34,628 nt of DNA, from positions 1 to 34,628 of the IMG/VR virus record IMGVR_UViG_3300042898_001426. One strand, given 5' to 3'. Below are positions 16,481 to 24,353 of the stretch, piece by piece; the first letter of the stretch is position 1, and every line of letters begins with the position of its first letter. The translations under genes were made by a program, and so were the position numbers. Source of the stretch: a virus (taxonomy: Duplodnaviria > Caudoviricetes). Below the pieces are notes generated by a model. The model was given only the letters and a program-made list of their open reading frames with translations. It did not search any database and was not told the origin of the DNA.

Positions 16481-16507
16481 TTATAAATAATATAGAATAA
16501 TTTATAA
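16481..16507. promoter_or_regulatory. T4 late promoter TATAAATA (+, 16482-16489) within an inverted repeat that also gives TATAAATT on the minus strand (16499-16506)
   Basis: TTATAAAT-N11-ATTTATAA in the 49-bp gap between divergent genes. Confidence 0.7.
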
Positions 16508-16516
16508 GGGTTCTCC

Positions 16517-16846
16517 ATGGCTGCAATTCAAAATCTATATATTGATCAAGGAACTACATATTCTTTGTCATTATTGGTCGATGACCAGAATGGCGATTCT
16601 AAGGATCTTACAGATTATATTGTTGCAGCACAGATGCGCAAGTCATATCACTCAACAACTGCTATAAATTTTACTGCAGAAATATCTTTGCCAGAGGACG
16701 GGGAAATTACTATTTCATTGACTGCTGTGCAAACATCAGCAATAAAAGCAGGGAGATATGTATACGATATTGAAATTACAAGCGATGAAGAAACTCTAAG
16801 AGTTTTAGAAGGAATTGTTGTAATTAATCCGGAGGTGACAAAATAA
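16517..16846 (+). CDS. Small virion structural protein (Ig-like/BppU-N-like)
   Basis: NLYIDQGTT, AQMRKSY, ITISLTAVQT, GRYVYDIEI, RVLEGIVVINPEVT. Confidence 0.75.
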   Translation: MAAIQNLYIDQGTTYSLSLLVDDQNGDSKDLTDYIVAAQMRKSYHSTTAINFTAEISLPEDGEITISLTAVQTSAIKAGRYVYDIEITSDEETLRVLEGIVVINPEVTK

Positions 16847-17061
16847 TGGCAATAAAAGTTACCGTACCACTTTCAAATACTATAAATACAAGTATAGTAA
16901 GTAAAAGAACGCAAACTAAAATTGAAACACTCGCAGATGTAGATGTAGAAGGTATTCAAGATGGATACACATTAATCTATAATACTGTTACTAATAAATG
17001 GGAAGCAGTAGATCCTGCTACTAATGTGAATTTGGGAATAATAGACGGCGGAACATTTTAA
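16846..17061 (+). CDS. Small fibre-associated protein
   Basis: LADVD...DGYTLIYN...KWEA fibre repeat motif; ends IIDGGTF. Confidence 0.65.
   Translation: MAIKVTVPLSNTINTSIVSKRTQTKIETLADVDVEGIQDGYTLIYNTVTNKWEAVDPATNVNLGIIDGGTF
16881..16888 (+). promoter_or_regulatory. Possible intragenic T4 late promoter
   Basis: Exact TATAAATA about 220 bp upstream of the 563-aa fibre gene. Confidence 0.4.
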
Positions 17062-17101
17062 CCACTAACCCAACAAGTAATCAAACAAGGAAACTGACAA
17101 T

Positions 17102-18793
17102 ATGTCTACAATTATTCAAATTAAAAGAAGTTCAGGTGCAACTGCTCCAGCAACGTCCGCCCTCCTAGAAGGTGAAATGGCATATGCACAAGACGCCAGC
17201 AACAACGGCGCAAGTGCAAAACTTTACATCGAATCAGTGGAAGGTGGTTCTGCCGCAATTCATGCTGTTGGTGGTAAGTATTTCACAGACAAGGTTGATG
17301 CTCGTCTTATCGACGCAACATCATCAGTTGGTGGTAAAGCAACCTTTGCTGAAGGAACAGATAACGGTTCCAACAAAGTAACTCTAAAGGCACCAGATAC
17401 TCTTGCCGCTGATCTTACTCTGATCCTTCCAACCGCAGACGGTACAAACGGTCAGATCCTTACAACAAACGGTTCAGGTCAACTCGCATTCTCTGCACCT
17501 GCTTCGTCTTCATTCACAATCAGCGACAACCAAGGAGTTCCTAATACTGATTCCTTCTCGACTGGTGGAACTCTGACTTTTGCTGGTACTGCTGGTATCA
17601 AAACAACTATTACAGACAATTCAGTTGGTATCGTTGCTGATATTACTGGTGCAACTGCTCTGACATCACTTGCTGATGCAGACGAATTCCTTGTTTATGA
17701 TGCTTCGGCAACTGCAAACAAGAAGATTACTGCTGAAGATATTGGCGATTACATCTATGCTGCCGTTTCTGGCGACATTACAATCAGTGAATCAGGTGTT
17801 GCCTCAATTGCTGCCAACTCGGTTGCTCTTGGAACCGACACAACTGGTAACTATGTTGCTACTGTTGCTGGAACTGCAAACCAAGTTGCTATCACAGGTT
17901 CAGGTTCTGAAGATGCTGGCGTAACTGTTGCTCTTACAGACAACGTTGTTCTTGTTGGCGACCTAACAGTTGGCGGTAACGACATTAAGGCAAATGGCGG
18001 AACAACTTCTATCACTCTTTCGGGTGCAGATGTTGCTGTTGCTGGTGACCTGACAGTTACTGGAAATGACATTAAGTCATCTACTGCTACTGCTCTAACA
18101 CTTGATGCTGCAAACGTTGCTGTTGCTGGCGATCTTACCGTAACTGGTAACGACATTAAGTCATCTTCTGCTACTGCTCTGACACTTTCGGGTGCAGACG
18201 TTGCTGTTGCTGGTGATCTAACAGTTACTGGAAACGACATTAAGTCATCGGGTGGAACAACTGCTCTTACACTTTCAGGTGCTAACGTAACAGTTGCTGG
18301 TAACCTTACAGTTTCGGGAACAACAACTACTGTTAACTCGACAACTCTAACTGTTACCGATCCACTCGTGTTTGTTGGTAACGACAATAACGCAACTGAC
18401 GCAGTTGACATCGGTCTGTTCGGTATGTATGATACCAGCGGTTCACTAGACCTCTTCTCAGGTCTCTTCCGCGATGCTTCGGACGGTAAGTGGAGACTCT
18501 TTAAGGATTCACAAGTTGCTCCAACAACAACTGTTAACACAGCGGCAACTGGTTATACCATTGCTACTCTTGTTGCTAACCTCGAAGGCGGAACTATTTC
18601 GTCGCTTGCTTCAGCAATTACAGTTCCAAACGGTGGTACTGGTGCCGCAACGTTTACTGCTAACGGTGTTATGTTCGGTAATGGTACTGATGCGCTCGGT
18701 GTTACTGCTGCTGGAACTGCTGGTCAAGCACTTCTATCTGGTGGTTCAGGTGCTGCTCCTTCGTTCGGTAATATCGACGGTGGAACTTACTAA
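17102..18793 (+). CDS. Fibre protein with IQIKRS N-terminal module and internal 28-29-aa repeats
   Basis: MSTIIQIKRSSG...LEGEMAY; GQILTTNGSGQLAF; repeats VAGDLTVTGNDIKSS; GNLTVSGTTTTVNS; ends IDGGTY. Confidence 0.75.
   Translation: MSTIIQIKRSSGATAPATSALLEGEMAYAQDASNNGASAKLYIESVEGGSAAIHAVGGKYFTDKVDARLIDATSSVGGKATFAEGTDNGSNKVTLKAPDTLAADLTLILPTADGTNGQILTTNGSGQLAFSAPASSSFTISDNQGVPNTDSFSTGGTLTFAGTAGIKTTITDNSVGIVADITGATALTSLADADEFLVYDASATANKKITAEDIGDYIYAAVSGDITISESGVASIAANSVALGTDTTGNYVATVAGTANQVAITGSGSEDAGVTVALTDNVVLVGDLTVGGNDIKANGGTTSITLSGADVAVAGDLTVTGNDIKSSTATALTLDAANVAVAGDLTVTGNDIKSSSATALTLSGADVAVAGDLTVTGNDIKSSGGTTALTLSGANVTVAGNLTVSGTTTTVNSTTLTVTDPLVFVGNDNNATDAVDIGLFGMYDTSGSLDLFSGLFRDASDGKWRLFKDSQVAPTTTVNTAATGYTIATLVANLEGGTISSLASAITVPNGGTGAATFTANGVMFGNGTDALGVTAAGTAGQALLSGGSGAAPSFGNIDGGTY
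17945..18320 (+). repeat. 84/87-bp tandem coding repeats (about 4.5 copies)
   Basis: Units begin at 17945, 18032, 18116, 18200 and 18287. Confidence 0.85.
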
Positions 18794-18806
18794 TAAATAA
18801 ATGAAA

Positions 18807-18840
18807 TGGGGGGAGGGATTTTCTTCCCCCCAATCTTTTC
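18807..18840 (+). terminator. Probable intrinsic terminator
   Basis: TGGGGGGAGG-gatttt-CTTCCCCCCA hairpin followed by ATCTTTTC, just after the fibre gene stop. Confidence 0.65.
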
Positions 18841-18852
18841 GTGGAGAATATT

Positions 18853-19149
18853 ATGGATCAAACTAAATTTATCAATTCGTATATTGCTAATCTAGCAGAA
18901 CGACTGAAAGCATTAACATTGGATAATATTATGTTAAGCACACAACTTACACTGGCAAATGAAACTAATGTAGGAATGACGCAGAGAATTGAAATTCTAG
19001 AGCACGAAGCAAATCAACCAAAACCAAATGGTAATTATGTTGGTTTGGAAGGTAATTTAGAGTTTGGGACATCTGAAGAATATTCTATCGCAGAAAACGA
19101 GGATGTAGATGACAGCAGCAGCAACAATAGTACAAATAAAAAGAAGTGA
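18853..19149 (+). CDS. Hypothetical coiled-coil protein (possible fibre chaperone)
   Basis: GGAG RBS at 18843-18846, ATG 18853; helical N-terminus YIANLAERLKALTLDNIML. Confidence 0.6.
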   Translation: MDQTKFINSYIANLAERLKALTLDNIMLSTQLTLANETNVGMTQRIEILEHEANQPKPNGNYVGLEGNLEFGTSEEYSIAENEDVDDSSSNNSTNKKK

Positions 19150-19471
19150 GACTGCTAGTGCAGTTCCTACTTCAGGACAACTTGCAATTGGCGAACTCGC
19201 AGTCAATCTGACTGATAAAAAGATATTTTCTAAGAAAACTGATGGGACTATTGTTTCTATCGGTGGTGTTGGAGTTGATGGTGGCGCTGGAACTACTTCG
19301 GTAGGCACAATTGCATTTTCTGATACTGCATTCAGCGACTTCGATGTAGACACAACCACAACTCCTGGAACAGCAATTGTTCGCCTCAATCAGATAACCG
19401 ATCTTGACTACGGACTAATTACCGATGAAGTAGCAGCATATAATGCAGTTGATTACGGGAGTATCGCATAA
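19109..19471 (+). CDS. Small fibre-module protein
   Basis: VQIKRSETASAVPTSGQLAIGELAVNLTD; paralog of 21155..21397; GAGG RBS upstream. Confidence 0.7.
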   Translation: MTAAATIVQIKRSETASAVPTSGQLAIGELAVNLTDKKIFSKKTDGTIVSIGGVGVDGGAGTTSVGTIAFSDTAFSDFDVDTTTTPGTAIVRLNQITDLDYGLITDEVAAYNAVDYGSIA

Positions 19472-19677
19472 TGGCAGCAAGAGTCAAACTGAGAAGAGGT
19501 ACTTCTACTCAACACAATACCTTTACTGGTGCCGTAGCTGAAATTACCGTAGACACTACAAACAATTCGATTAGAGTGCACGATGGTGCCACTGCTGGTG
19601 GTCATCAATTGTTGAAAACCACTCTAGCAAACATAGCAGATGGTGCCATTCTTGATGGTGGAACATATACTACCTAA
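19471..19677 (+). CDS. Stand-alone Mtd_N-like (major tropism determinant N-terminal) domain protein
   Basis: VKLRRGTSTQHNTFTGAVAEITVDT...RVHDGATAGG; ends LDGGTYTT. Confidence 0.7.
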   Translation: MAARVKLRRGTSTQHNTFTGAVAEITVDTTNNSIRVHDGATAGGHQLLKTTLANIADGAILDGGTYTT

Positions 19678-19700
19678 ATAGGGTGGACTAGGAGATAAAG

Positions 19701-21155
19701 ATGGCAACGATTTTACAACTTAGAAGAGGGACTACCGTTCAGCACTCTACCTTTACAGGTGCGGAGGGTGAAGTTACCGTCAATACAACAAAAGATACAG
19801 TAGTTGTTCATGATGGTGCGACTGCAGGTGGATTCGAACTTGTATCTATAGCAGCAACTCAGACTTTAACTAATAAAACATTAACAAGTCCAACACTAAC
19901 AACTCCAGTTCTCGGAACTCCAAGTTCTGGTACACTAACGAGTTGCACAGGTCTACCAATTTCTACTGGTGTTTCTGGTCTTGGCACTAATGTCGCCGCA
20001 TTCTTGGCAACACCTTCTAGTGCAAACCTTGCATCCGCTCTCACTGACGAAAGTGGTAGTAATACGGTTGCGTTTACTACAAGTCCAACGTTTGTAACGC
20101 CAACTCTTGGTGTGGCAAGTGCTACTACAGTTAACAAAGTAACATTTACCGCTCCTGCAACTGGGTCAACGTTAACTGTTGCCGATGGCAAAACACTAAC
20201 AGCAAGTAATACACTAACGCTCACTGGTACTGATGCTTCTTCTGTTGCGTTTGGTACTGGTGGTACAGTTGCTTATACTGCAGATAAACTAAGTGCTTTC
20301 GCTGCGACTTCTTCTTCAGAACTCGCTGGCGTAATTAGCGATGAAACTGGATCTGGCGCATTGGTATTTGGTACCAGTCCTGCAATTACAACATCATTAA
20401 CTACCCCAAGCACAACCTTTGCACTAGTTAATACTACAGCGACTACAGTAAACTTTGCTGGTGCGGCAACTACTCTTTCTATCGGTGCGGCCACTGGCAC
20501 AACTACTGTTAATAATGCTCTAACTGTTGCTGGCGATCTCACGGTTTCTGGAACCACCACTACTGTTAATACCGAAACAATCAATCTTGCTGATAATGTT
20601 ATTACTTTAAATAGTAATGAAGCAGGAACTCCTTCACAAAATGCTGGTATCGAAGTAGAACGTGGTACTTCCACTAACGTTGCTCTTCAATGGAATGAAA
20701 CTACCGATGTTTGGGAATATACAGTAGACGGAACTAACTACATTCCAGTTGTTGGCACTACCGCAACCCAGACTCTAACCAATAAAACATTAACGACACC
20801 AGCACTGAATGGTGCGGTTGTAGATAATAATAATGCAGTTTCCGCTGCTGGTGCCAATCAGGGTGCTGCTACTGCATTGACAGTTGATTACAACGTAGTT
20901 ACTACAGTTGCTGCATCTACTGGAGTTAAACTCCCAACCGCGACCGCTGGACGTAGAATTGTTATCGTAAACAAGGGAGCAAATACTCTCTCAATCTATC
21001 CAGCAACAGGTGCCGCAATCGACGCATTAGCAGCAAACGCAGCAATTCAGGTTGCAGCAAATGGTTCAATTGAATTGATGGCATCATCAACGACACAGTG
21101 GTATTCTCTCGCTCGTGTTGCAATTTATGATTCTTCGGGGACTTTGCTTAACTAA
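19701..21155 (+). CDS. Fibre protein with Mtd_N-like N-terminus
   Basis: LQLRRGTTVQHSTFTGAEGEVTV...VHDGATAGG, TQTLTNKTLT twice, DETGSGALVFGTSP, AGIEVERG; C-terminus shared with 4784..5266. Confidence 0.75.
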   Translation: MATILQLRRGTTVQHSTFTGAEGEVTVNTTKDTVVVHDGATAGGFELVSIAATQTLTNKTLTSPTLTTPVLGTPSSGTLTSCTGLPISTGVSGLGTNVAAFLATPSSANLASALTDESGSNTVAFTTSPTFVTPTLGVASATTVNKVTFTAPATGSTLTVADGKTLTASNTLTLTGTDASSVAFGTGGTVAYTADKLSAFAATSSSELAGVISDETGSGALVFGTSPAITTSLTTPSTTFALVNTTATTVNFAGAATTLSIGAATGTTTVNNALTVAGDLTVSGTTTTVNTETINLADNVITLNSNEAGTPSQNAGIEVERGTSTNVALQWNETTDVWEYTVDGTNYIPVVGTTATQTLTNKTLTTPALNGAVVDNNNAVSAAGANQGAATALTVDYNVVTTVAASTGVKLPTATAGRRIVIVNKGANTLSIYPATGAAIDALAANAAIQVAANGSIELMASSTTQWYSLARVAIYDSSGTLLN

Positions 21156-21397
21156 TGTCAACAATTATGCAACTTAAAAGAAGTGAGACTGCTAGTGCGG
21201 TTCCCACTGCAGGTCAAATTGCAGTCGGAGAACTTGCAGTAAATTTAGCAGACGGAACACTATACTCAAAAAAAACCGACGGAAGTATTATCGAAGTTGG
21301 TGGATACAATCCAGAATTTTTTACCATTCCAGGAACAATCGACTTAGGTGATATCGCTGGCGTAGATCCTTCAGTTTACGACATGGGTTCATTATAA
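21155..21397 (+). CDS. Small fibre-module protein
   Basis: MQLKRSETASAVPTAGQIAVGELAVNLAD; 23-bp identity with the 19109 gene (19139-19161 vs 21176-21198). Confidence 0.7.
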   Translation: MSTIMQLKRSETASAVPTAGQIAVGELAVNLADGTLYSKKTDGSIIEVGGYNPEFFTIPGTIDLGDIAGVDPSVYDMGSL

Positions 21398-21400
21398 ATA
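21393..21400 (+). promoter_or_regulatory. T4 late promoter
   Basis: TATAAATA about 20 bp upstream of gp13. Confidence 0.8.
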
Positions 21401-21419
21401 GTCCCAAAGAGGACAACAT

Positions 21420-22388
21420 ATGGCAATTTCATCTAGACAAGGACTAATTGATTACTCTCTCCGTAGACTCGGATTCCCAGTAATCGAAATTAACGTAGAC
21501 GAAGATCAGGTTTCTGATCGCGTTGATGATGCATTGCAGTATTTTCAAGAATACCATTTCGATGGTGTCGAAAGAACTTATCTGAAGCACCAAATTACAG
21601 GCAACAATCTCAAATTTAGCGGACTAAGTTCTCCCTCGTTTACTCTCGGCGAAAAACTCGTCGGCGAAACATCGGGTGCGTCTTGTTATTTGATTTCATT
21701 AGATGGTACGAATGCCACAGTTGGTGCGACAACAGGAGTATTCCTAGTAAGCGAACCTGTAACTGGAGAGACTTCAGGATTTACTCGTACGCTTGCATCT
21801 TCTCTTTTTTATACTGCTGGTGATTTAGATAACCAGTATATTCCCATTCCAGACGCAGTAATTGGCATCATCAAGTTGTTCAATTTCAATGCTCCTGGCG
21901 ATGGTATGGAAAACCCAAACAACATGTTCAACTTGGTCTATCAGTTTAGACTCAATGACATGTATAATCTTCTGGCAGCAGACCTTATCTACTATGCACA
22001 AGTTAAAACAACTCTACAGATGTATGACCAGATTTTCCCTGGACAGCGTTCGATTAGATTTAATAGAAAAACAGATAAACTTTATATCGACGTAAACTGG
22101 AAAGAGACATTCCAAGTCGGTGATTACATTATCGTTGAGTGTTATCGCATTCTAGATCCAGCAGAATACACTAAAGTCTATAATGACATGTTCCTAAAGA
22201 TGTATACCACTGCATTGATCAAGCGTCAATGGGGTGAGAACATGAAGAAGTTTGGAGGAATTCAACTTCCAGGTGGTGTTCTTCTGAACGGTCAACAAGT
22301 TTATGACGAAGCAGTCGACGAGATTAAACAAATCGAATCTGAAATGCAATTGAAGTCAGAACTTCCTGTCGATTTCTATACGGGATAA
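21420..22388 (+). CDS. gp13: Neck protein gp13
   Basis: LRRLGFPVIEINVDEDQ, ALQYFQEYHFDG, ALIKRQWGENMKKFGGIQLPGGVLLNG. Confidence 0.93.
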   Translation: MAISSRQGLIDYSLRRLGFPVIEINVDEDQVSDRVDDALQYFQEYHFDGVERTYLKHQITGNNLKFSGLSSPSFTLGEKLVGETSGASCYLISLDGTNATVGATTGVFLVSEPVTGETSGFTRTLASSLFYTAGDLDNQYIPIPDAVIGIIKLFNFNAPGDGMENPNNMFNLVYQFRLNDMYNLLAADLIYYAQVKTTLQMYDQIFPGQRSIRFNRKTDKLYIDVNWKETFQVGDYIIVECYRILDPAEYTKVYNDMFLKMYTTALIKRQWGENMKKFGGIQLPGGVLLNGQQVYDEAVDEIKQIESEMQLKSELPVDFYTG

Positions 22389-22391
22389 GAG

Positions 22392-23141
22392 ATGCCAACG
22401 AATTTTTATTTTCAATCTGGCAATACATCGGGAACCACAAACGAACAACGTTTGGTGGAGGATCTTGTCATTGAAAGTCTGAAGATTTATGGACACGACG
22501 TTTACTATCTTCCAAGAACTATTGCTAACAAAGACCCAATTTTCGGCGAAGATCCGCTATCATACTTCAGTCAATTCTATCCTCTGGAAATGTATCTAGA
22601 GAACGTAGAAGGATTTGAAGGTGAAGGCGATCTGTTCACCAAGTTCGGATTTGAGTTTAGAGCATCAGCAACTTTCGTAGTTTCTAAGAGACGCTGGGAA
22701 GAATCTGTCGCAAACAACGCTGAAGATCTGCAACTGACAACAAGACCATCAGAAGGTGACATCCTTTATTTTCCAAAAACTAAGACGTTCTTTGAAATTA
22801 AGTATGTTGATTTTCTTAATCCGTTTTACCAACTCGGTAAGATTAACATATTCAAACTGAAGTGTGAAGTCTTTGAATACAGTTCTGAAAGATTTACTAC
22901 TGGGAATGCAGAAATCGATGCTATCGATGATAAGTCAGAAGATCAATATGCATACCAGTTCTTACTTGAGGGTGGCGATGATCTATTGCTAAACTCTGGT
23001 GATTCTCTAATCTTGGCAGGATATTCGGTAACCGAAATTGACCCGCTGGCGAACAATGAAGACTTTGACAATCTTGCATATGATGGAATTATAGACTTTA
23101 CGTCTATCAATCCATTCGGCGAAGTGTTGGTGAGGAACTAA
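22392..23141 (+). CDS. gp14: Neck protein gp14
   Basis: EQRLVEDLVIESLKIYGHDVYYLPR, TKFG, RPSEGDILYFP, PFYQLGK, FEYSSE, NPFGE. Confidence 0.93.
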   Translation: MPTNFYFQSGNTSGTTNEQRLVEDLVIESLKIYGHDVYYLPRTIANKDPIFGEDPLSYFSQFYPLEMYLENVEGFEGEGDLFTKFGFEFRASATFVVSKRRWEESVANNAEDLQLTTRPSEGDILYFPKTKTFFEIKYVDFLNPFYQLGKINIFKLKCEVFEYSSERFTTGNAEIDAIDDKSEDQYAYQFLLEGGDDLLLNSGDSLILAGYSVTEIDPLANNEDFDNLAYDGIIDFTSINPFGEVLVRN

Positions 23142-23914
23142 TGTTCGCTGGTAAATTTTTCTATCACTCGCATATTCGTAAAGCGATTATTGCCTTTGGT
23201 ACCATCTTCAACAACATAGTTGTGCAACGCAAAAACTCTGAGGGAGAATATGCACAAAGTCTGCGTGTTCCGCTGGCATACTCGACTAAACAAAAATTCC
23301 TTGCTCGTATTGCCTCAGTTCCTACTATCGATCCTGCAAGCATAGCAATTACACTACCAAGAATTGGGTTTGAAATCACTGGACTCAATTACAATCCAAC
23401 TCGTAAGATTAACATACTGACAAAAAACATTGCAGTAGGCGCTGGCGACGATACAAATAAGTTACGCAGTCAGTTTACAAGCACTCCATATGATATGTCT
23501 ATTTCTCTGTATATTTTTGCAAAGAATCAAGATGATGGTTTACAAATTATTGAGCAGATTCTACCATTCTTCAATCCAGACTTTTGTGTTACGATTAATG
23601 ATGTTCCAGAGATGGGTATCAAACGCGACTTGCAAATAACGATGGAAGGAATTGATTATGAAGATCAATACGAAGGCGATTATGCTCAGAGGCAGTCAGT
23701 TATCTGGACTTTAAATTTCAAACTTGGATTGAATTTCTATGGACCAGTCGAACTGCAAGGTATCATTAGAACTGCTATTGCAAATACATACGCAAATGAC
23801 ATAGCAGATATTAATAACGGGCAAAGATATACAGTGACAACAACACCATCCGACGTAACACCAGAAATTGGTACGTGGGACTATGTGGAGACATTTGATG
23901 AGTTCTTCGAATAA
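23141..23914 (+). CDS. gp15: Tail sheath stabilizer/terminator gp15
   Basis: FYHSHIRKAIIAFGTIFNNI, VPLAY, TLPRIGFE, QIIEQILPFFNP. Confidence 0.93.
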   Translation: MFAGKFFYHSHIRKAIIAFGTIFNNIVVQRKNSEGEYAQSLRVPLAYSTKQKFLARIASVPTIDPASIAITLPRIGFEITGLNYNPTRKINILTKNIAVGAGDDTNKLRSQFTSTPYDMSISLYIFAKNQDDGLQIIEQILPFFNPDFCVTINDVPEMGIKRDLQITMEGIDYEDQYEGDYAQRQSVIWTLNFKLGLNFYGPVELQGIIRTAIANTYANDIADINNGQRYTVTTTPSDVTPEIGTWDYVETFDEFFE

Positions 23915-24353
23915 CTATGAAAAATTAGATGAGATTTTTGGGACTCAGTCTGCGCCAACATCTACCGCAGTAGTCATCCCACCTGCTCCACCAATTCAAG
24001 TTCCTGTTGCGTACATCCCCACGGGCGACGATATCGAAGACGATTATCAAGTTGCCCGTCAGAAACTTAATACTCTCATCGACAAAAGTCAACAAGCACT
24101 TGATGGAATGTTGGGTGTTGCTCTTGCCAGTGACAGTCCTCGTGCATATGAAGTTGTCGGTCAGTTGATTAAAACCACTGGTGACACTGCCAAGGATCTA
24201 TTAGATCTTCAAGCAAAGAAAAAGAAACTGCGCGAAGAGCAACCATCAAAAGGTAATATTGAGACCCAAAATAATATTGTTTTTGCTGGGTCTACATCAG
24301 ATCTATTAAAGGCATTGAAAGCAGAAAGAACAAAGATTATTGATCATGAGTGA
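23898..24353 (+). CDS. gp16: Terminase small subunit gp16
   Basis: DDYQVARQKL, SDSPRAYEVVGQLIK, NNIVFAGSTSDLLK; ATG 23898 with GGAG RBS. Confidence 0.92.
   Translation: MSSSNNYEKLDEIFGTQSAPTSTAVVIPPAPPIQVPVAYIPTGDDIEDDYQVARQKLNTLIDKSQQALDGMLGVALASDSPRAYEVVGQLIKTTGDTAKDLLDLQAKKKKLREEQPSKGNIETQNNIVFAGSTSDLLKALKAERTKIIDHE

Noticed and set aside
18792-19680. Variant late promoters AATAAATA (18792) and CCTAAATA (19673)
   Set aside because: Mismatched to consensus; the first lies upstream of a terminator hairpin. Too weak to call.
19471-21155. Diversity-generating retroelement suggested by Mtd_N-like domains
   Set aside because: No reverse transcriptase in the window and no template/variable repeat pair differing at adenines; the shared 4946/20835 domain is diverged throughout.
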